Shown here: one piece after another, positions 1 through 12,640 of the stretch
Layout: each line of letters opens with the position of its first letter
Numbering within the stretch: the first letter of the stretch is position 1
DNA from: Rhynchopus sp. YZ270_cl-10
Taxonomy: Eukaryota
Direction of reading: 5' to 3'
Length of the DNA stretch: 64,000 bases
Assembly (NCBI GenBank): GCA_964035575.1
Contig: OZ037840.1
Span: 62,001 to 126,000, forward strand
Program-made: the position numbers and the translations under genes
The notes under the pieces: model-generated
Told to the model about the DNA's origin: nothing
Seen by the model: the letters and a program-made list of their open reading frames with translations, nothing else
Database searches by the model: none

Positions 1-973
1 GTCGGGGCTGCGCGGGTAGTTCACTTCAATTGTTTTCTGGCGTCTGAGAAACGCTTTGTCGTACGTCAACTCACGCATCCGAGGGTCAAGCAAGGCGACT
101 GCCTTGAAGATAGGCGCACGGTAGATAATCCAACACGAGCACTGCGTCTCGAGCACGATGCTTGCGGTACGCGGCTCGTCTGTCAGAATCGCGAAGTCCC
201 CGAACAGCACCGGCGCTGTAAATCGGAAGAGGACTTGGTCAGCACCCTTGCCCTTCCCCCTGCGGGTGATCACACCCGAGCCGCTCAGGATCACCCAGAC
301 GCCTGAGCGCGATGAGTCGCCTTCCTTAATGATGGTGTCCCCAGGCTGTGTGGAGACTGGAGTTGCCTCGTCAGCGAGGTTGCGCAGGTCCGCATCCTCC
401 CAGCTAGAGAAGAGCATCCCGGTACGCAGCACGGACGCGATCTGGTCGTGGCGGTGGCCATGAGTGACCACCCCGCCTGCCTCCTTGTGGCGGGACGACA
501 CGATGACACGTGGCACCCACAACAGACCCAGCTTGACGGCAGCGTGTCGCAGTACTTCGTGCTGTATTTCCTGTGGCAACTCCTTCATGAGAGCAGACTC
601 GACATTGCCGAAGTCGGCAGTAGTGACGTTGGAGATGGCATCCTGTGGGGGGGAAAGGAATCGCGCAAAAAATGGGGATGTTTTTGGAAAGTTGGAACAC
701 TTCCTCAGCCCCACACAGACCCTGATATGTACTACAAAAATGGGGAGGAAAAATAGAGGTTAAATTCTATAATTTCAGGCACAATGTCACCCAGGAAGAG
801 GGGAAGGGGGGCCTTTCATTTCAAGAGGGGGGGAGGGTATGCCATACATCCTCTGTGTGCACCTTTGGGATGCGCTTCTTGATCAGCTTCACTTCGCCCT
901 TGAACCGCCTGCGTTCGATGGCACGCACGCCACGTTCATCTGGGGCTGCAGAGGAATAGAGACTTACCTGCAT
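1..973 (-). CDS. Cyclic nucleotide-binding (cNMP/CAP_ED) domain protein, 3' end outside window
   Basis: Manual translation: exon 973..863 (MQVSLYSSAAPDERG...KRIPK), GT-AG intron 862..643, exon 642..1 open. It contains PGDTIIKEGD...VWVILSG...FGDFAILTDEPRTASI, the typical cNMP-binding motifs. Not in the ORF track. Confidence 0.85.
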
Positions 974-2977
974 TACGACATGTGGCTGGGAGGAGAATAA
1001 GGGGAGGAGGAGGGCGGAGGGCGGAGGGAGAAGAAAAGTTTATAAGATGACCCTAAGCCTCTCGTTGCTTAGTCACCTTAGAGAAAGAGAAGTGGAGCTA
1101 AGAGGGAGAGTATACCTGTTTCGTGTTGCGGGGGAAGAGAGGTGGGGGAGGAGGGGGAGGAGGGGAGGAGGAGGGGGGGAGCATCCCGGCATGGTATAAA
1201 TAGCGGGAGAAGGGGGGGGAGAAGATGGTCAAAAAAAAAAATATGTGGTAGTCAAAGCGGGGGGTGTAGGGAAATGAACTCTTAATTTTTCGTCAATTTT
1301 TTAACCAAATTAAATAAAACAGCAAACTTTTCTACTAGTTAATTCGTTTTCGAGGTGTGTTGTTGTTTTTTTTTTCTTCTTTTCGCATTGTGAAAGAGAG
1401 GGGAAAGAGTGGTGAAACAGATGTTTTTTCATTTTTCATTTTTATTTTGGGTAGACTTATCACTTTCGTCTCCACCTTAGTGAGTAACTGGGGATCGGCA
1501 CTCACTTGGTCAAAAGCTTTTTGTACTACGGAAGGTATAAAACGCAGGTCGTCCTCAACCTTTTTTTAGAGCAACTTTCATGCACAAGAACCTTCCGGAT
1601 GGCCCACACATTAAAACAGTTTGAGACCATCAGGTTACGAGAACGGAACTTCGGATGTTTTGGACTTATGTACGATATAAAGAGAATGATTAGATTCATA
1701 TACTTTCAGTTCACAGAATTGAAAGTATTTGAGAGGGCCGACACATGCACCCTTTCTTTTGGTTTTAGATTTTTATTTTTGAGAATGATGAAAACACATC
1801 GGCCTCATAGTAAGGGCGGATGCAGGCACTGGAAAAAGGGTGGTATTTGTCGTCCCCTCATCCCCCCTTCTTGTAGTTGTTTGATGCGTTGACGCTTTCA
1901 CACAAAAGGGGGGTGAACACAGGGTGATGACACTTTCCGCTCGCAAAGTAGTGTGCGTAAACATATCTATGGTGGTTGTGATACCGCTACGACAAGCACG
2001 AAGAAGCGAGAGGGAAGCTCTCAAGTAAAAGAAAAGAAAAAGAAACCTGTAGTTGGTGATGCAGGCACCCCCTCCGACTGACCCACGTATGCCAGCCATC
2101 CGGATGAAAGCACAAAGTACCCTGCGGCGCTACGACAGTAGATGTAAAACGGAAACCTAATGACTTGCCCGTACCTTAAGAGAACGAGGGCGGTACACAA
2201 CCGTTCGTCAGCCGGCGTCCCATCTGCAGTTGTAGAGTGGTAAGCTTACAGCTTACAGGTACTCCCGTTCGCAAAGAAAAGAAAGATAAATAATTTGACA
2301 GTGCTAACCGCCTCACCGTCCATCGGCGGACACAGAGCACTTTGTTCTCCGCGGGTTATCTAACCCTAGAGAACACTGGGGATAAAAAGGGGGTAAGATT
2401 TATAAATGGATTACTCGCATTTTTACGCACACCTGAGGAACAGAAAGTTGACATAAAAAAAAAAGCGCCCTTTGGGAGAAAGGCACTGCGTCAACCGACA
2501 GAATGTAAGCTGATCCTAAGCCTCCCGTGCTCAGTCACCTTATTCATAAAGAAAGAAAGAGTTGAAGTGTGCACACACCTCACTGTACACGGTCGGATGC
2601 AGGCACAAAGAAAACTTGGAGAGGTTGGTTGTATACTGCCGTGCACACCTATGGCAACACAAAGGCGCTGAAATAGGTTGCCGGCGACTGTGACTCGCAA
2701 GGGGGGGAAAAAACAGAAAAAATATGTGACATGAATAATAGTTATTGATGCAGGTACCTCAACTGACCCCACGAATGAAATAATAAAAACCCCCGTTCGT
2801 CTTTTGTTTAGTTGGTACGCTACCCACGTCATACGCAAGGGGAAAAAGGAAAGAAAAAGAAAAGAAAACTTGAAAGATGCATTGTACCTCCCTGTGCACA
2901 CACATCTAAAAATATATCCGTTTCGCTTGATCAGATCTCTACCGTTTGTTGCATTGCACGCTTCCACAAAGAATATA

Positions 2978-3525
2978 CAGTCACAATCGGTGGGGTAAAA
3001 ACCCTCCCAGAGTTTTGAAATCCCAAAAAACGCCTTAGTTTTTACCCCTCCGATGTTTTTACCCCCGGGCATGATATTTTTGGTCAGCATGGGAAGAAAA
3101 AAAAAGGGAAATGAGGTGAGATATTGGGAACAAGGGTGGGCCTGGGTAGGCCTCCTACAGACAAAGAAGAACACCTCAACGGAATTTCACTGCATATACA
3201 CATAGAAAGAAAGGACAGAACGAACTGAAACATACCAACAGAATCAGGGGGTGGGGAGGAGGAGGAGGAGGAGGCTTGTGTCGTCTGTTACAACAACACC
3301 ACTCACACACTCTCGCACAGAACCACTTTTCCCACACACTGCTGTCTTACAAAAAACTTGCCGCAAATCAGTTTGACTTTTTACAGTGAGACAACAAACA
3401 CCCGTGGGGTAGGAACATAGGTGGGGTAAAAACACCGGAGGGGTAAAAAACTAAGGTGGATTTTTTGGAATTTCAAAACTCTAAGGGAGGGTTTTTACCC
3501 CCTCCGATGTTTTGTTGTCTTACTG
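2978..3525. mobile_element. Tc1/mariner-like MITE
   Basis: TA|CAGT...ACTG|TA ends with ~90-bp imperfect inverted arms (2978-3065 vs 3422-3525). A related shorter copy is at 34983-35183. Confidence 0.7.
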
Positions 3526-3693
3526 TATATTTTGGCACCTTTTTGTGAACGCCAAATTTTCTTGACGACTGTACAATCTATAATACAAAAAGCCCACAGA
3601 TTCGCGTTCCTAACCCACCCACGCTATTTCGTAGCACCTTTTAGTGCTTTTTTGAGGTAATATCACGAACACCACAGATGTGGACACATTTTC

Positions 3694-3960
3694 TCCTCCA
3701 CCTTACCCCCCTATCTCTTGCAAAGCTAATAGGGAAACATCTTCACTACACCTTTGAGCCACATTCCCCCTGCCCTCAGGCAACTACCTACCAACAAACG
3801 GGACGGTGTCTGACCTTTTTTTTGTTTTATCCTCCACCTTACTCCCTTCGCTTGCAAATAGAAAGAGGGAAACACATCTTCACCACACACCTTTGAGCAA
3901 TATATCCCCCCCTGCCCTCAGCTGCCTACCAACAAATGAGACGGTGTCTGACCTTTTTTT
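3694..3960. repeat. Degenerate tandem duplication, ~130-bp unit x2
   Basis: CCTCCACCTTAC...CACCTTTGAGC...CCTACCAACAAA..GACGGTGTCTGACCTTTTTTT occurs at ~3694-3822 and ~3831-3960. Confidence 0.75.
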
Positions 3961-4008
3961 GCTTCTTCCCCACCTCTCTCACCCCACCCCATCCCCAATT
4001 GCATCACC

Positions 4009-4524
4009 TCATTGAAAGCGATACCCATTATCTATGAGCGACTCTTGGTCGGGAGAGGCGATCTTCGGGAGGGTGTAGCGCATGGGGGGGGAGGCTGTGT
4101 GTGCAGGGGTGCTCACGAAGGAGGCGTCGGGGACGGTTAGCGAGGAGGCAAACCCGTCGGCGTCGTGCGTTGGGGGGACGGGCGGGGTTTGGGGACGATA
4201 CGCACCACCACCACCCATCCCACCACGCTGTTGTCCCTGCTGCCCCTGTTGAGACTGCTGCTGAGCCTGTTGTAGTATCATCTGCATCTGCTGCACAGCT
4301 GCAGGCTGCTTCACATTCGTCTCCTCCGCAGGCGCTGCCGCGTACGCGCTCTCCTCATCCTCCTCACCCCACACACGGTACTGAAAGCAGTACAGCGAGA
4401 CAACGCTCACGACGCACAGCACCACCAGCGCGCCTCCTACAAGCACAGCGGCAGTCAGCATGGGGTCGCTGCTGTCGGGGGAAGGGGTCAGCGGGATGGG
4501 GGTAGGCGGTGCGAGTGTGGCCAT
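4009..4524 (-). CDS. Small single-pass membrane protein with Q/G/P-rich tail (hypothetical)
   Basis: GC-rich part of ORF 4009..4755 from ATG 4524 (MATLAPP...), with hydrophobic segment AAVLVGGALVVLCVVSVVSLYCF. The upstream part of the ORF is a pyrimidine tract. Confidence 0.7.
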   Translation of the reverse strand: MATLAPPTPIPLTPSPDSSDPMLTAAVLVGGALVVLCVVSVVSLYCFQYRVWGEEDEESAYAAAPAEETNVKQPAAVQQMQMILQQAQQQSQQGQQGQQRGGMGGGGAYRPQTPPVPPTHDADGFASSLTVPDASFVSTPAHTASPPMRYTLPKIASPDQESLIDNGYRFQ

Positions 4525-5675
4525 TGCTGACGTAGACAGAGAGAGAGCGAATAGGAATGAAAAGGGTTGAAGATGATCCCCAGTGTGTGCGTAAAGGCTT
4601 AAAGGGGTGCTTAGCGGTAAGGGAAGAGGTGAGAAGGTACTGGAGAAGGTCTGTGGGATGTCACCTGGTAGAACTGTAGGGAAGAAGAAGAGAAGGGAAA
4701 ATGGAAAAAAAAATGAAGCTTTGAAATACAAAGCACTCTCGTGACAGTGTACCAAAGAAAAAAGGGGGGGAGAAGGAGGGGAAGGGGGGGCAGCTACCCG
4801 CTTGGCATGGTTGTTGTGGTGTGTCGTCTGGTTTGTGTCGGAGAAGGGGGAAGGGGGGATTCAAATACAAAAAAAAAAAGGCTTTTTTTCTGTTATCATT
4901 TTTTTGGCGTTCATCTATCACAATAAAGGGGAGGGGAGAGGCGTCTAAAAGAGGAATTGGTTCGTTTCGATTTTGCTTTTGTTTCTAAAACCACTTGGCT
5001 TTTACCTCGCGGTGTAGCTCCGGACAGAGCCGCAGAGGTCAGGACTGAGGATAGACCGGATAGGGCAAAAAGGCCGTCTTTTTATTGGCGGGTAAAAGCA
5101 GGTGGTAAAATCTAAAAAAGGAGGGAAATAAGGAGGGAAGTGATTGAAAGAGCCTGTACCTCACGAAAACGGTATAAAAATACTACACGGTGTCAATAGC
5201 TATCTTTACACAGGCGGGAAACGAAACAGAGGGAGTTTGTTAAACGAAAAATGATGACCACTTATCCAAGAGAAAGTTGAGAGAATGAACATGACTCAAA
5301 CGTGCATACACATCTCAGACTAAATACAAAAGACCGGCTGTACCGGGGGGGGTGAACACCCAACCATGCATTACACTACATCCATTTTTGTGGTTTACAT
5401 CTGAATAAAAAAATAGCCTAGTCGAACTCTCTCTCCCCACTACGTTTTGTTGTATTACACAGGCACTACCAATATTATACTATTCTCGTACCGTACCACC
5501 CACCGTAAGATACGAATGTGTTCCCCTACCGCCATCGTTCCCAGTAGACTGGGGAGAAACGACGTGGTGCACAATGGGTTTCAAATTTCGTTCGATCTGG
5601 CGATATTGAAAATAGGTGCGGCAATTTCACATGACCACCAGGTATCAAGGTTCCCAGCAGCCCACGTTGGCATCG

Positions 5676-7532
5676 TTACCGGCCGAAACGCAGCGGTTTC
5701 TGCACACCACCACTTCGTTGATTAGGGGTTGTAGGAGGTGGCTGTGCAGACCCAGGCAGAGGCGCACCCCCTTGCTGCTGTTGTGTCTTGACCAAAGCAA
5801 CTGTGAGCGTGCCTATGGCGGAGGCAGCCTCCCTCTGCACGTCGCTGTGCAGCTCGAGGAGACGTACGACCTGTGCGTCGCGTGCACGTAGTGTGGTCTC
5901 GAGGGTGGTGACCTGGGCACGTGACGCGGAGAGTTCTTTGTGCAGTGCAGCAAGGGCGGCCTCGTGGTGGTGCTGCTGTCGCTGCAGCTGCTGCTGCTGT
6001 TCGTGGATCTGTTGTTGCTGCTGCTGCTGCTGCTGGTACTGCTGCTGCTGCAGCCCCTGCTGCTGTGCTGCCATCGCCTCGACCGCTGCAGCCAGTGTGT
6101 CACCACCGCCACCGCCACCCCCTCCCCCTCCCCCCTCTACCTCACGCTCCGAGCGTGCCGTCTGCACAGACGGCGCTGCCCGCTCACCAGACACACGCGT
6201 CTCACAGAGGAACTCACGCAATGCCTGCGAAGGGAGGCGGATGTGGTGCAGGGTCGCGGACACGGTGCTGGCGCTGCTGTCACATGGTGTACCCGGCGCG
6301 CACACCTCACTGTGCGACTGCGTGGAGGCACGGTCACGCCGACCCACCTCCGACACAGAACGCATGCTGTGTGGCCCTTCACCTGCACGCGGTGTCCCAG
6401 GTGCGCACATCCCCCCGCTGGGTGCACTCTGTGACTGAGTGGAAGCACGGCTCTCACCCCCACGCATATGCTGTGTTACACCTCCACCCCCACCTCCACG
6501 TGGCGTACCCGGAGCCCCGCTGCTCACACCTCCCCCTTGCGTGGAAACACCACTTTCGCCACCCCGCCACAACCCCTCCAGCGCCACGTGCCGCATGCTG
6601 TGCGCCACACCACCACGCGGTGTCACAGGAGGCGTTATCGCACCCCCACCACCCTCACCAAACGCAACATTCGTCATAACACCAGGACGCGAGCTGGCCT
6701 GGCGGATGACTCCACCACTACCACCACCACTCTCCTCCGATGGGTGCGGGGCAGGATGCGCCACGTAGCCCACCCCAGACGACGCGAACGACGGTGCCGG
6801 GGAAAGCGACGGCGACAGAGACCGCGACGGGGCGCAGAACTCGCTGCTGTGGCGCTGCACCTGCGCGACGAGAGGCACACCAATCGCGAGGGCACCACCT
6901 CCGTTGGTCACTGCCGCTGCGGACAGGGCAACGCTTTGCGACGGTGTGCCCGCAGGGGGCACGACCACTTGAGCAGCATGCACTGCGGAAGAGAGAAGCG
7001 TACGCGACACTGCTTCAGACTCCTCTTCCCCTTCCCCCTCCCCATCACCGCACCCACTTCCCACGCCTTCACTCTGGGACGCACCCCTGAAGGTCGACGG
7101 TGAGACCGACGTCAACGTCGTTGCGCTGCTTTCACATCTGTGCAAAGGGGACTGCGGGCGGTAGTGGTGTGCACCAGGATACGACTTCGATGTGTCCGCT
7201 CTGGTCAGCCGTGCGGCACTTCCTGCATGTACACTGTGTGATGTGTTGTGCTGCACAGGGCCCCTCTGTTGGAACGGAGCTTCGCAGCGTGAGACAACTT
7301 CATTGTGTTGGCGGTGCGGGCGAGCGGAGGAAGAAGAAGAGGAGGAGGAAGAGGAGGAGGAGGGGCAAAAGGGGCGTACATGCTCTGCCCCCAGCGCCTC
7401 TACGTGGTTCGTGACGTCGGCGCCGAAGCTGCGTGGTGCGGCGGTGCTGCGGAAGGCTTTGAAGGGCGCAGTGCTGCCTAGCCCTGCACCACCTGGCCCG
7501 CCGACACTATGATGTGCACGTGGATGGTGCAT
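5676..7532 (-). CDS. Low-complexity hypothetical protein with APGTP repeats and polyQ/coiled-coil C-terminus
   Basis: 618-aa ATG-initiated ORF with coding-like GC content, on the same strand as all neighbouring genes. Confidence 0.75.
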   Translation of the reverse strand: MHHPRAHHSVGGPGGAGLGSTAPFKAFRSTAAPRSFGADVTNHVEALGAEHVRPFCPSSSSSSSSSSSSARPHRQHNEVVSRCEAPFQQRGPVQHNTSHSVHAGSAARLTRADTSKSYPGAHHYRPQSPLHRCESSATTLTSVSPSTFRGASQSEGVGSGCGDGEGEGEEESEAVSRTLLSSAVHAAQVVVPPAGTPSQSVALSAAAVTNGGGALAIGVPLVAQVQRHSSEFCAPSRSLSPSLSPAPSFASSGVGYVAHPAPHPSEESGGGSGGVIRQASSRPGVMTNVAFGEGGGGAITPPVTPRGGVAHSMRHVALEGLWRGGESGVSTQGGGVSSGAPGTPRGGGGGGVTQHMRGGESRASTQSQSAPSGGMCAPGTPRAGEGPHSMRSVSEVGRRDRASTQSHSEVCAPGTPCDSSASTVSATLHHIRLPSQALREFLCETRVSGERAAPSVQTARSEREVEGGGGGGGGGGGDTLAAAVEAMAAQQQGLQQQQYQQQQQQQQQIHEQQQQLQRQQHHHEAALAALHKELSASRAQVTTLETTLRARDAQVVRLLELHSDVQREAASAIGTLTVALVKTQQQQGGAPLPGSAQPPPTTPNQRSGGVQKPLRFGR

Positions 7533-9381
7533 CGGGTGTGTGCATGGGGTGGTGGGGTGGTGTGGGGAGGAAATCAGTGTTGTGTTCTCTGTGGAGGGTG
7601 TGGTAGGATAACGCTGTGGGTTTGCTATGGGGTTGTTTGAGTATGTGCAGGAAAAACTAAACGTAACATTACACCAACTGATCTGTCCTTACTACTCTAC
7701 TACTTATGTCTTTTTTCGTTGACCGCAGCGCAGGAAGTAAAGAAGTGCCGTGTGCACGAAACCGCTTGCAAAAAAAAGAAACTAGGCTTGCAGAAACTCG
7801 TCTCTTGAGGATGAAATATGGGGGAAATTCTTTGATTTTCCGAAAACCGGCGGCGCCGAGGTATGTACGCATGGCCCGTACTTACGGTGGTAGGCCGCCA
7901 CAAGCACAAGGTGTACAACAGGCTTTGCTATAGAGTAATAGCCTACACGGGAATAAGCACGTTACGGGGAAAGCTCGCCACACCACCTTAGTCCCTGCCG
8001 GTCGTATCTTGTGCTAACAAATCTTTGTCACAAAAATTTGTCAGCACCCTCCCGAGCTTCAGGATGGTCCTCGCGCAACTTCGGTCCTCGATCAAAGCAA
8101 GTAACAGAGGGCACGTAGCGCCAGATAAACGGTACGCGCTAGTTTAGTAACTAGTCGTTGCGACTAGTTCCACTAGTAGCCCCCTGACTAGTCCACCGTG
8201 TAAACAGAGTTTACAGTATGGCGGCTGAGGGTACAGGCAGGGCAGGGGATTTATGTGAAGGTAAGCAAAGGCAGGGAGGGGTTTGGGAGAGGATGCTGTT
8301 GAACTCACATGACACATAAGCACACTGTTTGTTTTCTTGTTACTGTTCAGAAAGGGAGCTGACAAAACACGCATACATGCACAAAGCCACACACTGTGTG
8401 GTGGCACTGTGCGTTTGCAAAGAAGAGTCGCTCCGCATGGGGTGGGTGGGGTCGGATAAAGTCATGAGGCAAGGGTTCTAAGAATCACAAAATAGTTCAA
8501 TTCACCTTTCCCGATGTTCACATACAGACACCACAGGGATGTCAGGCACGTTCACTAAAGGAGGTACACTAAAAATATTGCAATTTTCCTGAATATCCAT
8601 CATATGAGTGATGCTTGCTTCAATCGAGTCCCGGATGAAAGCAGAAAAAAAAAATTGCACTAGGCTGTTGGTCCCAACACTAGGCTGTACGGTGATTGAA
8701 GCGAAAGTTTTTAAAAAGTGTCCACAGGGTACAAAGGCGGTTATGGTCAAATATTAGGGTGAAAAACCCCGACGTTTTTACAAAGTCTTTACGGTGTACT
8801 ACGCCCTTAGACCAACACTTTTGTAAAGATAACGAACGGAGTGATCACGGACTCTCCCCCACTCAGCGGTGCACGGACAGGGGCAACAGGGGAGATCCTT
8901 GCGTATGCACGAGGGGGCGAGGGGAGGAGGGGGTGGGAAACTAAGACAAGGGGAGGGTGGGAGAGTGATCGTGCACACCGGTGCGGGAGAGACAGTCCAG
9001 AGTAGTGTTGAAAAAAAAAAGGTTGGTCACGATCTGAGCCTCGCGTGCTTACATCATCACTTGAAAGACGAATGTGCTGCGAGATCACAGATCAATTGTA
9101 TCCCTTTTTTTTTGTCAAAACATCTTATCTCTTTTGCCGGATGCGATCAACAAACAAACGAATAAAGAAAACTTGAAAGATGAATGTGTCTTTCGTGCAC
9201 ACACATCTTAATGAATAAAGGGGGGCAAATAAACAACTGCAAGCACTTCAAAAGAACTTTGGAGGGTATGTGTAGACCAGGCATCTGTACAGTCGGAATC
9301 GATACCTGCCCATATGACCTCCTTCCTGAGCACCAGCATTGGGATGTGTTGCTCGTAGGTGGCAGATGTCTCGTGACGGAC

Positions 9382-10254
9382 CTAGGCACAGCACTTCCCA
9401 TCGCAGCAGGTGCTCCCAAGGGTTTTGCTGCACACCGCCCCTGTGCAGCAGATGCTCGTGGAGGGGTCCATGCATTTTGGGTTCCGTACGTACCCCTCCG
9501 TGAGCGTGCACGCCGTCTCGTTCTTCGGGCAGCAGATCTGGCCCGCGGGGAAACCCGCCCACGCATGGCAGGTCTGCGTGCCGCTGCAGACCAGGTCTGG
9601 ATCGAATTCACTGCCGTCACTGCAGCAGGTCTCCCCAGCAGTCGTGTTGTAGGGCGTCGTGCCACAGCACTTCATCTCCGGACCGGACAGACACCCACAC
9701 CCCGAGCATGTGTCTGCCTGATCACAGATGCCATTCGACCCACAGCACTGCTGTTTGTGGCTATCAAATTTTCCCGCCCCACAGCACTGTGTCTTCCGGT
9801 CGTGCCGTTCGATGCAGCCGCAGCTGTTGCAGGTGTGTTTGGCCACATCGCAGACACCCTTGCCAGAGCAGCACTGTGTCCGGTTGTTGTACTCCGTCGT
9901 GACGCAGCACTTTGTGAAGGGGTCCGAGGTCACGCCGCAGCTTCCAATGCAGAAGTCGCTGTTGTTCGCAGATTGGCCGCTTTCAGTACAGCACTTCTGG
10001 CCTTCACCGTAGCAGCTGTAATGCTGTATCATCGTCCACGCGCTTGCACAGCAGGTTGGCTTATCTAAGGGGCAAGGGTACCGTAAACCCTCATCGGCAC
10101 CGTTCTTACACTCCGAACAGACTTCGACAGACTTATTGTAGCAGAACCCAAAGTCGCAGCATTCCAGACCATCTTTGCAGTCATCAAACCCACAGTTGCC
10201 CCCCACAGCAGCCGCAACACCGGACAAGAATAGCAAAACAGAAGAAAGCTTCAT
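9382..10254 (-). CDS. Secreted cysteine-rich repeat protein (CC-dipeptide, galaxin-like repeats)
   Basis: 290-aa ORF with signal peptide MKLSSVLLFLSGVAAA and recurring Y/F-D/N-x4-CC and CCG/CCS units. Confidence 0.85.
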   Translation of the reverse strand: MKLSSVLLFLSGVAAAVGGNCGFDDCKDGLECCDFGFCYNKSVEVCSECKNGADEGLRYPCPLDKPTCCASAWTMIQHYSCYGEGQKCCTESGQSANNSDFCIGSCGVTSDPFTKCCVTTEYNNRTQCCSGKGVCDVAKHTCNSCGCIERHDRKTQCCGAGKFDSHKQQCCGSNGICDQADTCSGCGCLSGPEMKCCGTTPYNTTAGETCCSDGSEFDPDLVCSGTQTCHAWAGFPAGQICCPKNETACTLTEGYVRNPKCMDPSTSICCTGAVCSKTLGSTCCDGKCCA

Positions 10255-10373
10255 GGTGTGTTTAGGAATAATTCTGGTGGGTGTGTGGCTGATAACTGTA
10301 AGGGGGTAGTCTTGCAGAATATGGGTGGTGGTTGTGTGGGTTGTGGAAATGAAATAAAGGTCAAATTATTTTA

Positions 10374-10479
10374 CAGTGGGGCGCGATATTACGGACGCGT
10401 TTTATTACGGGTAACTTAATTGTGGGTAAATATTGGAGTTACCCATAATTAGGCGCACCCGTAATATAGCGCTCCACTA
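10374..10479. mobile_element. Short palindromic MITE (Tc1/pogo-like TA-CAGTGG start)
   Basis: CAGTGGGGCGCGATATTACGG ... CCGTAATATAGCGCTCCACT inverted arms. The right end is imperfect. Confidence 0.5.
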
Positions 10480-11048
10480 CACCGTTTTTACAATTTTTTT
10501 TTAAAAATGCGAATTCGGCAAAATTCTAAACGTGCAACAATATTTTGCTGATGAGTGCAGTGCGGTGAACTACACCGAAAAAGTGAAAAACAACAACAAA
10601 AAAAAGATTGCTTCAAACTTTCTACCTGAACAGAACCGGGCTGAGAACCCCCTCGTGTATTCATTTTCTTATCTTTAAAAAACAAAAACGTGGGTCTATT
10701 CGGCTCCAGATCCGGATTCTTCCAGTTTCTCATATTTTCCCCACGAAATTACAGGTTTTTTCTAGGTATTCCAGGTCACATAGCATGTGGCCTGCACTGT
10801 TGTCAGCACAGGACATGAAGAGGTGCCATGTGGCATGAGGCATCGTGGAAGAAGAGATTTGGATCAAACGACAGGGTATGCCACAGGGTGATGCATTTTA
10901 TTTTTCCTTCCTTCAAAACTTCACACACAACGCTTTTGGTTTTTGGAAGACACAACAAGGTGCTGGGTGCTAGACAACTACTTTTGCCAGTCTGAAAAAA
11001 AGACTGGTATTACCTATATTCGCCAGACCCCCCCCCCCCCCCCCCACA

Positions 11049-11377
11049 GACTCGTTTCTCTTTTGCTTGTTGCTCAAAAGACTATAAACGGGGGAGAGAA
11101 ATAAAAGGTTGTTTGATGATCGCTTCCACGACGGACTAGATTCGCCGGATTGTATTTCCCCCCCCCCCCCCCCCCCCATCTTCGACTTTGAAATTCACGG
11201 TAAATATTGCAAAATTTACGGTGAATATGTTTGCCTGAAGTACAGAAAGCGTCGTGGAGCACAGGGGAGAAAAGAGGGGAAAACAAGCGGGGAAGTGGGA
11301 TACGCAGAACACGCGACTTTTTCACGAGGGTCTCGAGCATTTTTGTCAAAATACTATGTGTTTACTAAAAAACAAAA
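11049..11377. repeat. Dispersed ~330-bp repeat (second copy ~49770-50167)
   Basis: Shared blocks CTCTTTTGCTTGTTGCT.AAAAGACTATAA, GTCGTGGAGCACAGGGG and TTTTTCACGAGG.TCTCGAGCATTTTT.GTCAAAATACTAT. Confidence 0.7.
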
Positions 11378-12640
11378 GAAAGAAGGAACAGTTGAAATGA
11401 TTGTTTCATAATACTAACTATTCTACTGAATAGAAGGTATAATAGGGTGCACTAAATGTACCCAAATGAAATGATGCATATTTGCTTGACGCATACACAT
11501 CGAAAGAGGTGAAGGGTATCCACCAACTTTGAAAGATCCAGACTATCCAATAATTGTTCACTCGCCCTCTGTTTTGTTTTTGTTTGAAAAATTGTTTGGA
11601 GTACTGTAGTTGACTAGGTTTGTGTTGCCACAGTTTTGTGCAAATCTCCACTGTTTTTTTTTTTTTTTGCACATTATGGTTCCGGGGGGTATCGGAAAAT
11701 ACAAAATTTTCATTTTCAATTTCACAACTTTTCATAACTCTTCACAAAATTATGGCATTTTCTATGTTGTGAAACGTTCTGAAAACCTGTGAAGATGAAG
11801 TCCCATACCCCGGAACACACACCCACATAGAATCTTTGAACGGGTCCCTGCCTTTTCCTTTGTGCACATTGCGAAGGAAGACATGCCAATTTTCCGCAGG
11901 CACACACCCAAAAACCCCTTTTTTTGGCATGGGTGTGGCGGTTACTGTTGCGCTAAAAGCTCAAAAGCAACAAAAAAAAATAGACTGGTGCTCTAGGGGA
12001 AAAGCGGCAAACGTAACGGGAAAAACACAAAGGCAAGTACAGCAAAGGGGGCGAGACCCGTTCCTTGGTATAAAAGGTTTTATATAAAAAAGGGGGGAAG
12101 GCAGGAACTCTGGGGGGGTCACAGTGGGGGGGTGGGAAGGATGACGTTGTGCACACACATTGATGCGGAACAGATTGTGATGTGTGTTTCGAGCGGGGAA
12201 GGGAAATAAAGGAAAATATATAGAGAAAAAATAATGAGTGAGAAAACACAAGCTGGCGGGCACGCACCTTCCGTCGTTTCTATTTCCTATTGTCAAGTAC
12301 CTTGATTTACAAAAAAAAATTAGTACGCCTCCACTCGACGTTTGGATAAAGAAAACTAGAGACGAAAGGGGGTTTGGGGGAAGTGTTTAATTCTTGAACG
12401 CATCCCCACACTCAGTCACAAAAGGTTGACTTAAAATACAACAGACCGCGTCGTGACAGTGTACCTTGGTACAATGACCGGCTGTACCACCTGACCATGC
12501 AGCTCCTACATCCATTTCGTGGTTTACATCTGATATGTGCTACTCCCGCTTACACGCGTCAGCCAGACGATCGGGGATTATTGCGAACACAGGGTAATTG
12601 GGCCTGTGTGATGTAGGGTCCGGTTGGGGGGGGGGGGGTA

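Noticed and set aside
946..967. 22-nt GTAAGT...CTGCAG micro-intron
   Set aside because: The unspliced sequence gives an in-frame ATG (973) into the cNMP protein, whereas splicing would shift the frame. Not supportable without RNA data.
5788..10068. Long plus-strand ORFs (e.g. 5788-6438, 9184-10068; likewise 32518-33527, 37867-38571)
   Set aside because: Antisense shadows of GC-rich minus-strand genes with no recognisable motifs.
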